From: Octopus vulgaris
Lineage: Eukaryota
Reading direction: 5' to 3'
Length of the DNA stretch: 64,000 bases
Assembly: GCA_951406725.2 (NCBI GenBank)
Contig: OX597819.1
Location: 49,538,001 to 49,602,000 of the forward strand
Positions 13,866 to 25,641 of the stretch are shown here, piece by piece. The notes beneath the pieces were generated by a model that did not search any database, had not been told where the DNA came from, and saw nothing but the letters and a program-made list of their open reading frames with translations. Position numbers and translations under genes: made by a program. The first letter of the stretch is position 1; the number at the start of each line of letters is the position of its first letter.

Positions 13866-14201
13866 GGCTAAGTTCCTTTTGTGCATTGGGCCTCATGGAG
13901 GCAAAATGGCTGAGTTCTTTTTAAGTGTTGGGCCTCATGGAGGTAAGGTTGCTGAGTTCCTTTCAAGTATTGGGCCTCATGGAGGCAAGGTGACTGAGTA
14001 CCTTTTGAGCATTGGGCCTCACGGAGGCAAAGTGACTGAATTCTTTTCAAGTGTTGGGCCTCATGGAGGCAAGGTGGCTGAGTTCTTTTTGAGCGTTGGG
14101 CCTCATGGAGGCAAAGTGGATGAATTCCTTTCAAGTGTTGGGTCTCGCGGAGGCAAGGTGGCTGAGTTCCTTTTGAGCATTGGGCCTCACAGAGGCAATG
14201 A
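13866..14201 (+). repeat. 42-bp minisatellite, 8 units, continuing into an RTE 3' end (to ~14508)
   Basis: Unit ggctgagttccttttgagcattgggcctcatggaggcaaggt; the last unit continues into RTE C-terminal and 3'UTR sequence ending in gatgatg. Confidence 0.92.
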
Positions 14202-14720
14202 TCAAGACCTTTGGCATTATGTCATGCTTGAGAAGAAGACCCATCAAGCCAAGCAAAATCATAGTCATGGCAGACACGATGTCACACAAATTGGTACTGG
14301 TGTCATGCAAATGACACCCATACTGGTGACACGTAAAGCACACCCATTACACTCTTGGAGCAGTTGGCATTAGGAAGGGCATCCAGTCATAGAAAGCGAT
14401 GCCAAATCAGACTGGAGTTTGGAGTAGCCTTCCAGTGTGCCAGCCCAGTCAAACTGTCCAAACCATACTAGCATGAACAATGGACATTAAATGATGATGG
14501 TGATGATGAGAATACATGCATAAAACAAAACATACAAATCTGCACATGTACAATACATATAAAAATACCTTGTTGATGTTGTTGAAATTCTAATGAAGGA
14601 ATCTTGGTTCTAGGTCAGAAACTGGTTCTTTCTCTACTGGCAAGAAATCTTGACATAAAACTGAATAATAACATGCATACATACATACATAGAACTTAGA
14701 TTAAACTCAAAGAAAAATCA

Positions 14721-14753
<33 letters not shown>

Positions 14754-15514
14754 GTACGTACGTACGTACATACGTACATACATACATACACACATAAATA
14801 CATACATACATACATACATACATACGTACATTCATACGTATGTACGACAGGCCTCTTTCAGTTATCCACTACCAATCCACACAAGAGGTTTTTGTTGATC
14901 TAAAGCCATAGCAGAAGATATTTGCCCAATGTGAACACAGTGGGATTGAACCCAGAACCATGTGGTTGGGAAACAAGCTTCTTACCATGCAGCCACACCT
15001 GCTCCTGTTAATCTTTAGATATTCATAATAACTACTTTGAAGTAAAAGTGTTGGACATTTATTTTTCAGACAATACATGACTTGACATGAACATGATGAA
15101 TCAGACTGGATGAAACAAACTGGACACTTATTTACTGCTTATCAAAGAATTTCTTAAACACAAATTTCATATGGCAAATATTGAAGAAATTAATGTTGCT
15201 TTTATTTCTGTTGTTATTGATTGCGTACCCACTCCAGGATAGTTTTTGAGTGATCTGTGATTAAAAGAAATCCAGTCATACTGTCTTGTTTATTTTTTTT
15301 TTCCAGGCATAGTATATCTAGAACTACATTGTCCAGTGTGTCCTTCACTATTTTTTTAAGATGGTAAGGTATGATGTGGAAGCTAATTATCTGTTATTTC
15401 TAGTTGGGTAAGTCTAACATTGAGAAAAGAAAAATTATAAACATACATATCTGAATGCTCATCAGTGACTAAAAGAATGAATAGAAGCAAGGAGAATTCT
15501 ACACTTCCTTGATT

Positions 15515-15564
<50 letters not shown>

Positions 15565-17369
15565 TTATACCTCTGTTCTAAGTTTAAAGTTCACTTGGTC
15601 AATTTTACTGTTTATCATTCAATCCAAATCATTGATAAATTAAAAGTTATCTCCGAAATAACTGTTCCAATATTGATACGACATATCTAAATACCTAAAA
15701 GTCGATGGAAATTATTTAACATGTCAAATAATAAAGGTTTGTGTTTTGAAATACTAACATTTTTTTGAAAAATAGCATTTAATAATTAATGCACATACGA
15801 CAATTACACAAACGTACTTACTGGCTGGTAATTATCACATGTACTGGGACATTTGCTTCAGTAATTACCAAAATATTTAGTAGTAATATATGCGATGTAT
15901 TGCTGTTTGTATCATAATTTCAGAACAGATACACTGCATCCTTGTGTGTCATAAGAGTTGGCTAAAAGTGGGTGTCAACAACAAAGATATCTGACCATAA
16001 AACAGAGCTTTAGAAAACCCTGTCTAACCCATGCTAGAATGGAAAGGTATACCTGGATCTCAAACGTTGTTTGCTGAAACGTTCTTGAAGTACTACAAGG
16101 CTCATTTACCCCAGCAAAAATATTTCTTTCCATATCACCGTACAAAGTATTAAATTTTTTTCAATCACAATACGTAGTAGGTTTAACTGTAAACTAAAGG
16201 TAAACTAATTTTTTTGGCCTCAACTACCCACTTTCAATTCTCAACTGAAACTGGATTTTATTTCACGTGCACTCTTTGAAAAAGCAGAAGCGTCAAACAA
16301 AATCATTCATTCTCCAATTTCATTAAAAGAATTTCTTTAATGTTTATAAATTCTAAAGAAATAGGATTTACTCCATGTCCTAGCCAATAAGAGTTACCTC
16401 CCTTGTTCAGATTTCTCTCGCTCTTTTTTGGAATTTTTCTTCTGTTCCAGATATTAGTCTGATAATTATATTCAGTTTCAAGCATAGTGATTACAATTTG
16501 TTTTTTTATTTATTTATTTTTATTCAGTTATCATTGCAGGAATAAAGTAAAGTTTTTTTCTTTTGTGAATATTTTCAGACCGTCCAAAATCTTCTGTATT
16601 GGCTCTCTGTTGTAGATATTTGTGGGTGAAATGCAAGAGTCTAAATATCACCGACCCATATGCTATTTACGGGACAATGAAACTTAATATGAAAGTTCTC
16701 ATTGTTTTATAAGTACTTTGAGAAATTAAGACAGCTGAGATAATGGTGTACTAGAACTAAATACATTGCAGAATTATCAGAGCATCAGTAGGACATGAGT
16801 TAGGAATTTACAAATATACAGGATCATACTTCACAGCCAAGCTGTGAAATTAGACCCATGTAGGCATTAGACCCATGAAATTAGACCCATGTGGTAGCTT
16901 AGGATAAGGATCGAATCAATGGATTCCATCGTTATTTACAATTCATCAGAATTTATTCACCTCTTCCTTTGGTGATAGTAAAAAGCTAATTATTAAATTG
17001 TAAATAAAATACATGTCCAGGCAGAAACTCATGGGCCTTAGTAACACAACAAAACTAAATCTGTACACATATGAGTCTATATATCCAGTTGTAAATACTT
17101 TTCAGATTTTAGCTTCATCTCTTTCCTTTCCCAATTTAAATTTGATTGAAAGTGACTTTGTGATTTACTGCGGGGGTCACATACTCTTTCAACAATTAGT
17201 ATAATAGCAAATAGAGAAATCTTAATTCTGTACAACTTGTGGCAGACATTGTAGTACAGTCACCAGTTTTTGATAATCCATGCCCACAATCCAATTTTAG
17301 ATATATTTCACATCACTGATATTTGTAGGGAAAAGACATGCCACAATTTTCAATTTTTTCTCATTTAAT

Positions 17370-20300
17370 ACCGATTCTATGACACCCTATTACAGACTAC
17401 CCCGTTGACAAATGACAGTGACCTTCTCTTCGTGGCAGGTGACTTCAATGGACATGTTGGACGGCATACACGGGGGCTACGGTTATGGTTCTCGCAATGA
17501 GGAGGGAACCAGGCTGCTGGAGTTCTGCGATGCAAATGACCTTATGATTTGCAATACCAACTTCAGGAAACCCACCTCTCACCTAGTCACCTACCATTCT
17601 GGCAGACACACTAGCCAGATTGACTACATCCTTGCCAGAAATAGGGAAAGAGGGCTGCTTATAAATGCTAAAACCTTTCCATGGGAGGAATGTACTCTTC
17701 AACATAGATTAGTAGTTAGTGACTTCTGGATCAGGGCCAAATGGCTGCCCAGAAGAAGACCAGCTCGGAGGAGAAGGGTCTGGAAACTTAAAGATCCTGT
17801 AAATGGACGGAGATTTAGAGAAGTCCTACTCGAAGCTTTCGACGAATTAGAAGGGGATATGGCATCACATAATGTGGAAACCAACTGGAGGTTTCTACGG
17901 GACAATCTGCTGAGTGCCACTGACCAGATCTGTGGATGGAGCAAAGTCCCATCTCGTCCCAGGGTAACGTGGTGGTGGAACAATGTTGTAGACAGGGCTA
18001 TTAGAGACAAAAGACAGGCTTGGAAGGACTGGAGGAATGGCGGTAGTAGGGAATTGTATCAGACTGCGAAAAGAGAAGCTAGGAGACAGGTATATTTAGC
18101 CAGAGGGGAAGCAGATAAGAAAAATTTGCCAATGTTCTGCGCCGTGAGGACCAAAGACTTGAGGTGTTTTGTGTTGCAAGACAGTGTGTGAGAGAGAATC
18201 GTGATGTGGTAGGAGAGAAATGTGTTCACATGGATGATGGTTCACTTGCGCTAAATGAGGATGCAAAGAGAGAGGTTTGGAGATGCCACTATGAAAGGTT
18301 GCTCAACAAAGAGAATGAATGGGATAAAGAGAGTCTGCCAAATGTCGACCCAATAGAGGGACCAGCTATCCGAGTTGACAGTTCCATGGTAGTTAAGGCA
18401 ATTAGAAGCATGAAGACAGGGAAAGCCCCAGGCCCATCAGGAATTACTGCTGAGATGCTCAAAATATCTGGCAGTGTCGGCTATAGCCTAGTCACCCGTA
18501 TAGTTAACCAGGTGATACACGAAGGAGTTATACCCAATGACTGGTGTAGTAGCATAATAGTCAACTGCTACAAAGGTAAAGGTGACGCCCTAGATACAAA
18601 TAATTACAGAGGTATCAAGCTGTTGGATCAGGTAATGAAGGTTACAGAAACTGATAGCCCAACTGATTAGAGAGAGAGTTAACCTGGACGAGTTGCAGTT
18701 TGGTTTCGTGCCAGGTAAAAGCACCACCAATGCCATATTTCTGGTGAGACAGCTGCAGGAGAAATACCTAGCCAAAGATAAAACTCTGTTCCTGGCTTTC
18801 GTTGACTTGGAGAAAGCCTTTGACAGGGTCCCCCGTTCCCTTATCTGGTGGTCAATGAGGAAACTAGGGATAGATGAATGGTTAGTGAGAGCTGTGCGTG
18901 CCATGTACAGGGACACTGTTAGTAAGGTGAGGGTTGGCAACGTGTACAGTGAAGAATTCCGGGTAGAGGTTGGGGTCCACCAAGGCTCAGTCCTCAGCCC
19001 CCTCCTATTTATCATAGTCCTCCAGGCAATAACGGAGGAATTCAAGACAGGATGCCCCTGGGAGCTCCTCTATGCTGATGACCTTGCTCTAATTGCTGAG
19101 TCACTATCAGAACTCGAGGAGAAGTTTCAGGTGTGGAAGCAAGGATTAGAATCGAAGGGCCTCAGAGTCAATCTAGCTAAAACCAAAGTTCTAATAAGTA
19201 GGAAGGTAGACAAATCTCAAATACCTTCAGGTAGATGGCCCTGCTCGATCTGTAGAAAAGGCGTAGGTAGGAACTCTATAAGATGCACCAAGTGTAAGCT
19301 ATGGACACATAAGAGGTGCAGCAATGTCAAAGGAAGGCTAACTAGGAATATAGTTTTTGTATGTGGCAGATGCTCTGGTGCAATAAACACTGAAAATGCA
19401 CAGAGACCATCTTCCGCCACATTCCAGGGAGAAAAACTAGAAATAGTTGATAGTTTCCGTTACCTAGGTGATCAAGTCAGTAGTGGTGGGGGTGCCGAAA
19501 GTGTAACTGCTAGAGTAAGAATAGCCTGGGCAAAGTTCAGAGAGCTCTTACTTCTGCTGGTGACAAAAGGCCTCTCGCTCAGAGTAAAAGGCAGACTGTA
19601 TGACGCATGTGTACGAACAGCCATGCTATATGGCAGTGAAATATGGGCCGTGACTGCTGAGGATATGCGTAAGCTCGCAAGAAATGAAGCCAGTATGCTC
19701 CGATGGATGTGTAATGTCAGTGTTCATACCCGACAGAGTGTAAGTGCCTTGAGAGAAAAGTTGGACCTAAGAAGTATCAGTTGTGGTGTGCAAGAGAGAC
19801 GTCTACGCTGGTATGGACACGTGGTAAGAATGGATGAAGATAGTTGTGTGAAAAAGTGCCGCACCCTAGCAGTTGAGGGAACCTGTGGAAGAGGTAGACC
19901 CAGGAAAACCTGGGATGAGGTGGTGAAACACGACCTTCGCTCTTTAGGTCTCACCGAGGAAATTACCAGAGACCGAGACCTTTGGAAGTATGTTGTGTGT
20001 GAGAAGACCCAGCAGGACAAGTGAGGCCATAACACATGGCCCCTACCTGGGACGTAGTCAGTTCACCTGTGCATACCTTCCTTCTTAGGACACATAACTC
20101 TACTTGTGAAGACCTGTTGAGGCAAGTGAAAATCAAAATCAAAATCGAAGAATCAAATCAAATCGAAATCGATCCACATCAATGGAAGTTGTAGTTTGTG
20201 GTACCAGTGCCGGTGGCACATAAGAGAACCATCCGAACGTGGCCGTAGCCAGCACTGCATCGACTGGCCTCCGTGCTGGTGGCACGTAACAAACATCATC

Positions 20301-20588
20301 TGATCGTGGCCGTGCCAGTCCTGCCTGGCCTCCGTGCCGGTGGCATGTAAAAAACACCATCAGAGCGTGGCCGTTCACCAGCCTTGTCTGGCACCTGTGT
20401 CGGTGGCACATAAAAAGCACCCACTACACTCACGGAGTGGTTGGTGTTAGGAAGGGCATCCAGCTGTAGAAACACCGCCAGATCTGACTGGCCTGGTACA
20501 GCCTTCGGGCTTCCCAGACCCCAGTTAAACCGTCCAACCCATGCTAGCATGGAAAGCGGACGTTAAACGATGATGATGATGATAATGA
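17370..20588 (+). mobile_element. RTE-clade non-LTR retrotransposon, 5'-truncated, relatively young
   Basis: AP endonuclease C-terminal part (VAGDFNGHVG, SQIDYIL, HRLV), RT (KAPGPSG, DLEKAFDRV, HQGSVLSPLLF, YADD), RGRPRKTW C-terminus, 3'UTR and (GAT)n tail; frameshifts near 17465, 18122 and 18650; possible 7-bp TSD ttaatac (17365-17371 / 20589-20595). Confidence 0.95.
18693..20024 (+). CDS. RTE reverse transcriptase with C4HC3 PHD-like finger (uninterrupted 443-aa segment of a disrupted ORF)
   Basis: ORF track; RT motifs; CSIC..CTKC..HKRC..CGRC at 19242-19373. Confidence 0.9.
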   Translation: MQFGFVPGKSTTNAIFLVRQLQEKYLAKDKTLFLAFVDLEKAFDRVPRSLIWWSMRKLGIDEWLVRAVRAMYRDTVSKVRVGNVYSEEFRVEVGVHQGSVLSPLLFIIVLQAITEEFKTGCPWELLYADDLALIAESLSELEEKFQVWKQGLESKGLRVNLAKTKVLISRKVDKSQIPSGRWPCSICRKGVGRNSIRCTKCKLWTHKRCSNVKGRLTRNIVFVCGRCSGAINTENAQRPSSATFQGEKLEIVDSFRYLGDQVSSGGGAESVTARVRIAWAKFRELLLLLVTKGLSLRVKGRLYDACVRTAMLYGSEIWAVTAEDMRKLARNEASMLRWMCNVSVHTRQSVSALREKLDLRSISCGVQERRLRWYGHVVRMDEDSCVKKCRTLAVEGTCGRGRPRKTWDEVVKHDLRSLGLTEEITRDRDLWKYVVCEKTQQDK

Positions 20589-21740
20589 TTAATACTCTTT
20601 CAATCTTCATGAATATGTAACAAACCATTGATGCAATTTTCTTGAAGTAAACACCATCAATTAGTTAATTCAACAACATGATTTCGAGGAGAGTAGGAAA
20701 TGGAATATAGTTTCATCAAAGGAATTAGGGCTGCATCCATGACCTTTTCCTGAGCCTCCAATATTTGTGTGAGCTGGGAGGAAGTTATCTTCTGAGTAGA
20801 AATCTAATCCGGATGCTGGCAATAGAATGGGCTCCAATATAGGCATCAAAGGCCAGGAGATAATATTACACAGGTCAATGAATTAAATCTTGTACCTAAG
20901 AACAGAAATGCACAGTTTCTGTCTACCAATTTTCACCCTAAAAGCTTTGATCCTTTACAATGAAATCAGACTCAAAACCACATAATTCTGAAGTGAACAT
21001 CTTAACCACGTAGCTATGCCTGTTCTAAACTGATGAAAAGGAAAGAATTGACTCAACAGGTTGGCTTTCTGCCACATATTAACTTCCTTCACATAGTTGT
21101 ATACACTTTTAAGTTAACCAAAACTAAAATCAATTGAGCAAATCATTTTTCCCAGCTACAAAAAATATATCATGTTATATTTGAGGATGGTCGTTTTTAT
21201 TTTTATTTTTTGCCTTGCCAAGTAAACACATTCACTATATATATTCTTCACTCATATGTCATTGTTCTTATTTTATCTTATGTCCAGAAAATGGACATAA
21301 GATAAAATATTTTAGAACTTGTTACCTGTGATAGACTTGTTTTGTATTCAAGTGAATATCTATCTTTTTATGTTTAATGTCAAGGGTGCCTTTACATTGT
21401 TTCTCTAAATCTTACCATCTTAAAAATTAGAACACATTAGGTAATGCAGACCAAGATAACCTTCAAAAGATGGGATGGTCAAAGCTGGAATGCTTTTAAT
21501 CAAAAGTATGCTTGATCATGTTTGAGTAGGACTAAACAACAACTAAATACAGTAGAAGCTACTTATCATGATCACATTGGCCTGAAGTTTTTTAGGTAAC
21601 AATAACTGACTGATAACATTAAGCAGAAGGTGTTGCAATATCTTAAGCATGTTTGGAACTCATTAATTTTGATAAAAATAAACAAACAATTGAATTCATT
21701 ATCAATGATTATTAATAAGTTGCTTACACCTGTCAAAGCT

Positions 21741-22153
21741 TTATTCTTTTATTTTTTATTCTTTCATTTATTTCAGTCATTTGACTTCAACCATGCTGGA
21801 GCACCGCCTTATCTTTAGTCGAACAAATCGACATCAGGACTTATTCTTTGTAAGCTTGGTATTTATTCTATTGGACTCTTTTACCAAACTGCTAAGTTAC
21901 GGGGACATAAACACACCAACATCAGTGGGGGAGACAAACACAAAGACACGCACACATAAATATATACATACATACATATATATATATATATACGATGGGC
22001 TTCTTCCAGTTTCCATCTACCAGATCCACTCACAAGGCTTTGGTCGGCATGAGGCTACAGTAGAAGAAACTTGTTCAATGTGTCACGCAGTGGAACTGAA
22101 CCCAGAACCATGTGGTTGGGAAGCAAGCTTCTTACCACACAGTCACACCTGCT
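21741..22153 (-). mobile_element. tRNA-derived SINE family A
   Basis: Reverse complement of the 7237-7640 family. Confidence 0.85.
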
Positions 22154-22999
22154 TCTATGGAGATATATTTACCTCTCATTTTTATTTTACAAGGTTTTTT
22201 TGTCTTTGAACAGTAACAAAATCTTTTTATTTCTAGTAGTAATAGAACTTTCAACTTTAGAGTCTTTAAAATTTGTACCCCTAATCAATATTTTGCTCAT
22301 TTCCCTTTTTCCTTTTTAATGATTGAGTAGAAGGAAGTAAGTCGGTGTCTATGATGCCCTAGTATTTGTAACTGAATATTCTCTGGAAAAGACACTCAAG
22401 TGCCAAATGATTGTACTAAACCAAGCAACACATTACCTCTACCAAAAAACAAAGAAGTCTACAAAAGAAAAATGAGAAAGGTCCTTCCAGTAGGCTTTCA
22501 CACAATTTCCATATATTAACTTTCACCCAGAAAGCTCACACACAGTAGACTGAACATTAAACCCTGTTGTTGCATGGAGAATTTCTTAACACCACTGCCA
22601 CCCCTGGGTTACTTATTCTTCTTGAGTAGAAAACATTATTGTTAGCTAACTTACTACAAATTTTATAACCAAGTTGTCTCTGTTCTGGATTTTCTGCAGT
22701 ATATGTACCAAATTGGAGCTCATCAGCTGCTTAGTGTCATTTGGATTGGCAGAATCAGAAAACAAAATCTTGCCATATTTAGTCATTGCCTTGTACATTC
22801 TGTGTTCAAATCTGTATCTTTTGGCTTTTTAGAGTCAATGAAAAAAATATACTAATCAAATGTTGTAATCAGTCCATTTGACTGTACACTCCTTTTAAAA
22901 TTTCAGGCCTTGCTCTGGTGTTAGAAATCAGTATTATTGATCAGTATTTATTGGTCCAACTAAATAACTGAAGTGTTTTGGTAATATTTCTATTAAGTT

Positions 23000-23216
23000 A
23001 GGGTGGCAAGCTGATAGAAATATTTGCATGCCAGGCAAAATGCTTAGCAGTATTTCATCTGTCTTTATGTTCTGAGTTCAAATTCCACCAAGGTTGACTT
23101 CGCCTTTCGTCCTTTCGGGGCCAATAAGTTACATACCAATTATGTACTGGAGTCGATCTAATTGACTGGCCCCCTCCCAAAAAATTTCGGGCCTTGTGCC
23201 TAGAGTAGAAAAGAAT
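23000..23216 (+). mobile_element. SINE family B
   Basis: Homologous to 2444-2651; other copies at about 240-410(+), 8117-8312(-), 12360-12548(-), 12773-12945(+), 51030-51220(-). Confidence 0.85.
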
Positions 23217-23519
23217 ATTTCAATTAAGTTATGAAAGAAATCATTTTTCTTCACCCTTAGCAATCCACACCAATTCTTTGTCAGTGAATTTAGTTGTCTT
23301 GGCATGTGCACACACGTGTATGTATATTTTTTCCCTGTTTGTGCCTGGTACTTATTCAATCAGTCTCTTACATTGGACTACTAAGTTACGGTAATGTAAA
23401 CAAAGCAACTTCGGTTGTCAAGCAGTGGTGGGGAATGAACACAAACACAAACATACACACACACAGGTCGAGCCTCTTTCAGTTTTAGTCCATATATATA
23501 ATATATATATATATGTTAA

Positions 23520-23880
23520 TAATTGTCTAAAGTCGTAAGACGCTCCTGTCCTTTGTACTGTCCACCTTCGTGTTTTTTATTTCTGTTTTTATATATAAAC
23601 ATATATACAAAATTATATATAATTTTGTTTCTTGTATTTACATTCGTGTGGCATCCTGTCTTTGTTCCATATACATTCGACCCTCTTTCCAAGAAATCCA
23701 ATGCCTGTGGCTTGGATTTTCCTTGGGGCTGGCCGGATCGGAGTGATATCGAGATTAAACAGCCGAAATCACTAAGATGATCCGGTTCCCGACTGAAGAT
23801 TAGAGGCTTCGAGTGACTCGTCGGTTTTTTGTGTCGTCTCCTTGTGTGTTTTTGCGTTCTTGTCCCACTTTGTAATTTAT
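23520..23880 (+). repeat. TA-associated structured repeat family (other copies ~53810-54065 and 36361-36445)
   Basis: Shared blocks ttccaag.aatc.aatgc, ttttccttggggctggcc, gttcttgtccca; each copy abuts (TA)n. Confidence 0.8.
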
Positions 23881-23897
23881 ATTTTATATTAAATTCT

Positions 23898-23938
<41 letters not shown>

Positions 23939-24138
23939 GAGAGAGAGGATGATAGAGAGAAAGAGGAGAGAGAAACTGACAGACAGATGGATGAGATCGA
24001 TGAAAAGGTACCAGACATAAAACTAAAAATAGTTTTGTGGAGCGATTTATTCCACTAAAACCCTTCAAGGTGGTGCCCCAGCATGTTTGCAATCTAATGG
24101 TTGAAACACATAAAAGTTGAAAAAAACAAGATACAAAA

Positions 24139-24177
<39 letters not shown>

Positions 24178-24569
24178 GTCAACGCAATGCAAAAACTGAC
24201 TTGAAACTCATTGACTAAAAATTTGTCATTGTGCTCCAACTCTCAACCTGACGTCATTTCATAATGTCAAAATGAAGGAGTTAGGGCTGGGATAAAAGGC
24301 CAAATTTCTCACTTTATGTTCTCTAGTTCAGTGTCTAATGCTATCTAGCTCAGAGTTCATATTTTTCTGGGTCGACATTGTGTTTTATCCCTCTGAAGTG
24401 TATAAAATAGACATCAATAATAAATATCATTTCAATTAATCCAATTTTGTTTTTTATTTATTTATCTATTTATTTTTGTAAATTCAATATCAATTCATGC
24501 TTCTATTCTATTACATAACAGAATTTTTTCTTATAACATTATTCTTATAACGAACATTATTCTTATATA

Positions 24570-24940
24570 GGCGTAGGAATGGCTGTGTGGTTCCGGGTTC
24601 AGTCCCACGCAGTCCCACGCAATGGGACTGAACCCTGAACACTTGCCACCTTGGGCAAGTGTCTTCTACTATAGCCTCGGGCCGACCAAAGCCTTGTGAG
24701 TGGATTTGGTAGACGGAAACTGAAAGAAGGCCGTCATATAAGTGTGTATAAGTTTGTATGTCTGTGTTTGTCCCACCCAACATCGCTTGACAACCGATGC
24801 TGGTGTGTTTACGTCCCCTTAACTTAGCGGTTCGGCAAAAAAGACTGATAGAATAAGTACTTGGCTTACAAAAAGTAAGTCCTGGGGTCGATTTGCTCGA
24901 GTATGAACACAGTCAAATAACTGAAACAAATAAAAGAATA
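24570..24940 (+). mobile_element. tRNA-derived SINE family A (rearranged head)
   Basis: Homologous to 7237-7640. Confidence 0.85.
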
Positions 24941-25641
24941 TAATATTTTTCACTAGAACAATATTCGTTATTCATCTGGTTGTCTGTTATAAGGGAGATA
25001 AATCTTATTAATTTAGGAAGAGTATCGACCCTTGAATATAAAAGCGGCGACTTCAAATTATATTTTTAAAAGCAGATTGTCAGAATTACGAACGCGTTGG
25101 GGGAAAAAAAACTACTAGCGGCATTTAGTTTCGGCACATTACTTTCTGAGTTCAAATTCCACAATGATGAGATTAGCGTTAATTCTTTCGGCGTTGATAT
25201 ATCTAGAGCCAAGCGGGAAACTACATCTGGAGAGGAAATAGGCTGCGAATGATACGTGTATCTTGTTTTAGTCCTGTTTGTCGTTTGTTATACTATCGTT
25301 TTTCCACATGCTGTGTTTTGTTGATGTCCACTTGTTATGTTCTTTCTGCACTACCTTTGATTTATATACGTGTGTGTGTGTGTGTAAGTTAAAAACATAA
25401 CTGTTAATAAAGTGGTTACAAAGTTAGGTTACTACTCCACTGGTTGCATGGTAATAAATTTAAACTTTATTCCTGTTTAACAAAGGCTTGTTACATGAAA
25501 TCTTAATTGTAAAGTGTGCCCCAACGTACCTCATATGGTATAGTACAGCCGGTTGTCATTGTAGCGTAGCTAATAGGGGAGCAAATAGAACTGGTGCCTT
25601 TTAAACACAAAATTGAAACGTATAATCGGTGATGATGATGA

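Noticed and set aside
13866-14201. Regular repeats resembling a CRISPR array
   Set aside because: Head-to-tail units with no unique spacers, eukaryotic context, derived from RTE sequence, no cas genes
14588-14632. ctaatgaagg...gaaactggttc hammerhead-like spacing
   Set aside because: Core and stems too degenerate in this copy to support a call
21781-22209. 142-aa ORF and other SINE-overlapping ORFs (7189-7467, 24511-24783)
   Set aside because: Lie entirely within SINE copies
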